A stretch of DNA of 11,644 nt, from assembly GCA_965205655.1 (NCBI GenBank), contig CBDBIJ010000052.1:1-11644 (forward strand). Direction: 5' to 3'. How positions within the stretch are numbered: position 1 is the first letter of the stretch; each line of letters opens with the position of its first letter. Below the pieces are notes generated by a model. It saw only the letters and a program-made list of their open reading frames with translations. It had not been told where the DNA came from and made no database searches. The position numbers and the translations under genes were made by a program. Positions 7,550 to 11,644 of the stretch are shown in pieces. The stretch comes from Candidatus Latescibacterota bacterium (GTDB lineage: Bacteria; Latescibacterota; UBA2968; UBA8231).

Positions 7550-8240
7550 GGACATCGACCGTGAAATCCGTACTGAAGTAGGCCTCGCTTTCCGCAAGCT
7601 GGAGGATGTTTCGGTCATTCATATCAACCGCAATGCGTTCCGACGCGTTCAGCTCGACCGGAGCCGCCGCGCCTATCGGTTTCTGATGGCCATCTGCGAG
7701 TTGCTTCACGATAGTATGCTTGTATCGGAAGACGCAGGAGATGTTCGCTTCACGGATTTTCGCGAAGATGAGCCACGCATGTGGAAGTTGTTCGAGGATT
7801 TCGTCCTCGAGTTTTTACGGCAGGAGCAGACGACGTTTGCTGTGAGTGGCCAGGTCCCCATCCCTTGGTACAACGCCTCTGCAACACGCCAACAAGACTT
7901 CGACCACATCCCCGAGATGCGCGCCGACCTGCTTCTCCACAGTGGCGACCGGCGAATCATCCTTGACACGAAGTTTTACGAAGAAGCTTTGTCCGCCAGA
8001 TTCGGGCAACAGAAACTGATATCATCCAACTTGTATCAACTCCTAGCGTACCTGCGCAACAGGCAAGGTGCCTTTCCGGATGGTCCCCGTCACGAAGGAA
8101 TTCTTCTGTATCCTGTCGTCGAGTACCCTGTGGGAGTTGATGTTATTCTGGAGGGCTTTCGGATTCAGGCGATCGGCATCAATCTGAACCAGCACTGGCG
8201 GCAGGTACACGGCGACCTACTTACCGCAATTGCAAGCTGA
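7550..8240 (+). pseudogene. mcrC: McrC 3' fragment with PD-(D/E)xK nuclease domain
   Basis: The frame is open from the IS boundary (DIDREIRTEVGLAFRKL...YRFLMAICELL) into ORF 7686..8240. Motifs LFEDFV, MRADLLL, IILDTKFY, NLYQLLAYL and GILLYP. Confidence 0.9.
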
Positions 8241-8265
8241 GCCCCAACCTCGTACGTCAGACACA

Positions 8266-11200
8266 CTATCGCGAGCCGTATTCGCACATCCCATTCGCCA
8301 GCCGCATCTGCCGGGGACTCCGGCACTCCGGCTCGAACAGGCGCGGATTCGCTACCAGCACACATGTGCACCGTGCACGACTTGTCGCCACATTCAGCCG
8401 GTTCAAGCTATACAGAAACTCCATGCCCCGTGGCGCTTCCTCCGGCGAGGACGTCGCCATACTGTAGATGACCACCGGCGCCTCCTGCCCTTGGAACTTG
8501 TCAACAGTTCCCACCCGAGCTTGCGTCCCCAGCCTCTCCTGCAAGTCCGCGACCTGGGCGTTGTAAGGCGCCACTACCAGGATATCATCCAGTGTCAGGA
8601 GTTGGACATTGCCCTTCATATTCGTCCACGTCACCTCGCCCTGCAGCAGGTCGTCCACCGCTTTCGCCACCCGCTCAACCTCTTCCTCGCTTGAGCTCTG
8701 GTTCCCCTCGTGTTCGACCGCCTCCACCCACAAGCCTGCTCCGGCGTACTTCGTCGGGCCGGATAGCACCTGCTGCTCCAGTCCCGCCTTCGGCTCCAGC
8801 TTCCCCTCGTAGAACAGCTTCGACGTGTAGTCACAAATCATCGGATGCAAACGCCAGGTTTCTTCCAGGAACAGCCCCCGCTCCGGGGGCATCGTCTCAG
8901 CACCAGCCAGCACGTGCTGCATCGCAGACACTTCCGTGCCCTCGGGGTGGCTGCCCTGTTGCGGCTGCTCTAACTGCTGCGGGTCGCCCAGTAGCACCAC
9001 GCTCTTTGCGCACGGACTCAGTGCCAGCACGTTGGCCAGCGACATCTGTCCCGCTTCGTCGACGAACAGCACATCGACGGCATCCACGTACTGCTCCCGC
9101 GCCCACATCCACGCTGTACCACCGGCGACCTGAGCTTCACCGTCCCCAAGCATTTGTAGCGGTGTGTCATTGTCTTCGCACTCGACGATCCCCGTCGACT
9201 CCTCCTGGGAGGCCTGGCCGATCTTCTGAACGCATCGCATGGCTACGCCTGTCCGACCGGCCGCTTCCACTGCAGACTCCAGCAGGTTCGAAATCACTTT
9301 ATGACTCACAGCGCTGACACCAACACGCTTCCCCGCCTTCACGAGCTCGGCAATCATGTGGCCGCCCGCGTAGGTCTTGCCGCTGCCCGGCGGCCCCTGG
9401 ATTGACAAGACGCTGCCCTCTAGCTGCATCGCCACTCGGCACGCGCTGTCCAACAGCTCCTCGTTCTGCTGGCGTAGGCCTGCGGGGGCCTGCGGGGACA
9501 GACGAGGCGGCAGGTTCAGCAGCAGGTCACGTCCCGCACGATACGGTGCGTCGGCAACTCCGCTGTCGACACCGTGATCGCAGATCCACTCCGCCATCCG
9601 CAACAGCGATTGCTCCATCACCGTCCCCGGCACGACACTGTGGGCAAAGACGCTTGCCGGATGGTCGTTTGCCCGGGCCACCCGCTTCTTGATGTCAACG
9701 ATACGTGCGACATGATCGATCGCGATTACCTCGCCGAAGTGTTCTCCTGCCCCATCGCGTAACTTGGCCTCTTCGCGGATCTCCGTCATCTGCTTTGGGA
9801 AGCGATATCGGTGCCGCTTGACCCGCTCCTTTCCGACCTTTGGCAACTCCTCGACGAACTCCAGTCCAGTCATCGCCGCCTTCTCGTCTTCGTAATCCTC
9901 GTCGGAAAGATCCCGCAGGCGGAAATACTCCCACCACGCCACTTTTTCTTCACGCCAATGCCAGTCGAGCATATGAGCCAACAGCCAACGCGCCTGCTCG
10001 CCGTCATTGCGTTCTGCCCGCACGGGTGACACCTCGTCGATAAGACGTTCGCGCAGGTCGTGGATGCGCTGGTCGCGCTCCTTCCTGGTCTCGCTCTCCT
10101 CGTGTGCCTCCACTACGGGCCGCGGCACATCGGTGCCAGCGGCTGTGAGTTCGCTGCGGATCCCCTCCAGCCACTGCCGCAGCGCCCATGTCGATACGCA
10201 GTCATCCTCGTTGTAGCGCTGCACGATGTCGCGCATCTCCTGTGGTGCCTGCGCTCCGTCTCCGTGCTCCAGCATCGCCTCGAAGTGCCGCTTCTGTCTG
10301 CCCAACTCCGGCAGCGCCTCCTGGCGCTGGAAGTCGTAGAACTCCTCCAGCTTCTTGATGGAGTAGCTCTCCACACTGCAGCGCACGCCCTGGCGCGTCA
10401 CCGCATACAGATCGACGAACACGTCAGCTCGCAGTAAGTTGTCCAGTTCATCCTCACGCGTGGCGTAGCGTCCCATCAACCGCTTGAGCGCCGCCGGCTC
10501 ATACGGAGCGAAGTGATAAATGTGCATATCGGGAAACTGCCTGCGCCGTTCGACCATCGCGTCGATGAAATGCTCGAAGGTTTGCCGCTCCTCGTCTGGT
10601 GAGTAAGCCCAGAGGGCTTCATACCCGCGCTGGCCGTCGCCCACTGTGACCCAGCCAAAGAGATACTCGAGGCCGCCTGCGCCTCCCGTGGCCCAGTCGC
10701 CGGCGAAGGCATCCCCCTCGATATCGAAGAACACGTCGCCCTCGTTGGGCACCGGCAAACGCGCCAGTCCCTCCCTTTCCCTCACCGGTAGCGCCTCGTA
10801 ATAAGGCGCCCCCCTGCGACGGCCCTCCAACTGCACACGGGCCTGGTCCTGCACCTTCTCCAATCCCTGACGTGAGCCGCGCTTCGGCCGCTTACCCGCT
10901 GGTAGTTGTGCCTCTCCAAGCTGGGTGAGTGTCGTGATCTCCCACTCTTTCAACTCCGTACGCTGCAGCTTCGAAATCCCCGCTACCAGACTCAGATGAT
11001 CGTCCGCCTCGCGCTGTTCGCGACAGGGAGTGAGCCAGCTGCAGACATCGCACTGCGCGCATGGCTCTGGATAGGTTTCTTGTTCGGCCTCGACCGCCTC
11101 TTCCAGGCGTCGTCTCACCAGCTTGTAGTAGGCGAAGTAGTGATTGACCCGGAATACCTCTGGCTCGAAACCCTTGCCGGGCGAGACGACCATCACCTGG

Positions 11201-11643
11201 TCCGGCCGGCGCCCTTGTAGGTTCCCCACTAGATCAGCGTAGAGACACAGCTGCAGCACCGTCCCCGCACGAGTCTCCCGGGCCAATTTGGTATCGACGA
11301 CCACGTAGTGATAGTCACCGAGGTCACTGGAGCCAGGAACTTTGATAAGAAAATCCGCGCGCCCACTCCATCTGCCCTGCTCGAGCACAGCCTGGAAGAT
11401 CACGTCAAATCCCTCACGCATTGCCCCGAGAACGTCCTCGATCCTTGTTCCCTGCTCTGGAAACGCCATGACAGTCAGGCCTCGTGACCGCAGGTGTTCC
11501 AGATAGGCCCTCTCATGCTCGATGCCCTTCTCGCGCAAGACCTCGACTGTGGGGTCGTAGTACTGCGGACGTTTCGACTCACCACGAGCCTCTCGGCGAC
11601 CGAGCTGTGACAGGTGGTGGCATCCGAGATGTGCGGACAGGTC
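8266..11643 (-). CDS. TM0106-family RecB/Cas4-like nuclease fused to RNase H-like domain and SF1 (Dna2/Upf1-like) helicase; 5' end beyond window
   Basis: The frame is open to the window edge (DLSAHLGCHHLSQL...). Nuclease motifs GRADFL, VVDTKL, QLCLY and Cys cluster CAQCDVCSWLTPC. RNase H-like motifs FFDIEGD and YNEDDC. Helicase motifs QGPPGSGKT, VDEAGQ, GDPQQL, TVDKFQGQE and NRLNVATSRAR. Confidence 0.92.
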   Translation of the reverse strand, partial: DLSAHLGCHHLSQLGRREARGESKRPQYYDPTVEVLREKGIEHERAYLEHLRSRGLTVMAFPEQGTRIEDVLGAMREGFDVIFQAVLEQGRWSGRADFLIKVPGSSDLGDYHYVVVDTKLARETRAGTVLQLCLYADLVGNLQGRRPDQVMVVSPGKGFEPEVFRVNHYFAYYKLVRRRLEEAVEAEQETYPEPCAQCDVCSWLTPCREQREADDHLSLVAGISKLQRTELKEWEITTLTQLGEAQLPAGKRPKRGSRQGLEKVQDQARVQLEGRRRGAPYYEALPVREREGLARLPVPNEGDVFFDIEGDAFAGDWATGGAGGLEYLFGWVTVGDGQRGYEALWAYSPDEERQTFEHFIDAMVERRRQFPDMHIYHFAPYEPAALKRLMGRYATREDELDNLLRADVFVDLYAVTRQGVRCSVESYSIKKLEEFYDFQRQEALPELGRQKRHFEAMLEHGDGAQAPQEMRDIVQRYNEDDCVSTWALRQWLEGIRSELTAAGTDVPRPVVEAHEESETRKERDQRIHDLRERLIDEVSPVRAERNDGEQARWLLAHMLDWHWREEKVAWWEYFRLRDLSDEDYEDEKAAMTGLEFVEELPKVGKERVKRHRYRFPKQMTEIREEAKLRDGAGEHFGEVIAIDHVARIVDIKKRVARANDHPASVFAHSVVPGTVMEQSLLRMAEWICDHGVDSGVADAPYRAGRDLLLNLPPRLSPQAPAGLRQQNEELLDSACRVAMQLEGSVLSIQGPPGSGKTYAGGHMIAELVKAGKRVGVSAVSHKVISNLLESAVEAAGRTGVAMRCVQKIGQASQEESTGIVECEDNDTPLQMLGDGEAQVAGGTAWMWAREQYVDAVDVLFVDEAGQMSLANVLALSPCAKSVVLLGDPQQLEQPQQGSHPEGTEVSAMQHVLAGAETMPPERGLFLEETWRLHPMICDYTSKLFYEGKLEPKAGLEQQVLSGPTKYAGAGLWVEAVEHEGNQSSSEEEVERVAKAVDDLLQGEVTWTNMKGNVQLLTLDDILVVAPYNAQVADLQERLGTQARVGTVDKFQGQEAPVVIYSMATSSPEEAPRGMEFLYSLNRLNVATSRARCTCVLVANPRLFEPECRSPRQMRLANGMCEYGSR

Positions 11644-11644
11644 C

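Noticed and set aside
11536..11538. Track start of the TM0106-type gene
   Set aside because: The frame stays open with family-like sequence to the window edge, so the true start is outside the window.

Overview
High-GC bacterial window with two blocks. Left block (1-4447) is a catabolic gene cluster: a nitrilase-family C-N hydrolase with two compensating frameshifts, a VOC/glyoxalase gene with one frameshift, a mandelate racemase-like enolase, a divergent PhyH-type Fe/2OG dioxygenase, and a C-terminally truncated HpcH/HpaI aldolase. Right block (4448-11644) starts at an abrupt junction carrying an inverted repeat and looks like a decaying defence island. It holds a shattered SNF2-type helicase gene cut by a partial IS256, and an mcrC gene whose 5' part is missed by the ORF track. 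That mcrC is fused to the IS256 remnant and split by a complete 1510-bp IS1182/IS5-like element with a CTAG target duplication. A convergent, apparently intact TM0106-type RecB/Cas4-like nuclease + RNase H-like + SF1 helicase gene runs off the window end. I cannot demonstrate a new system. The best candidates are the SNF2/McrC/TM0106 association and the enolase/PhyH/aldolase pathway. All family calls come from motif recognition, not database searches.
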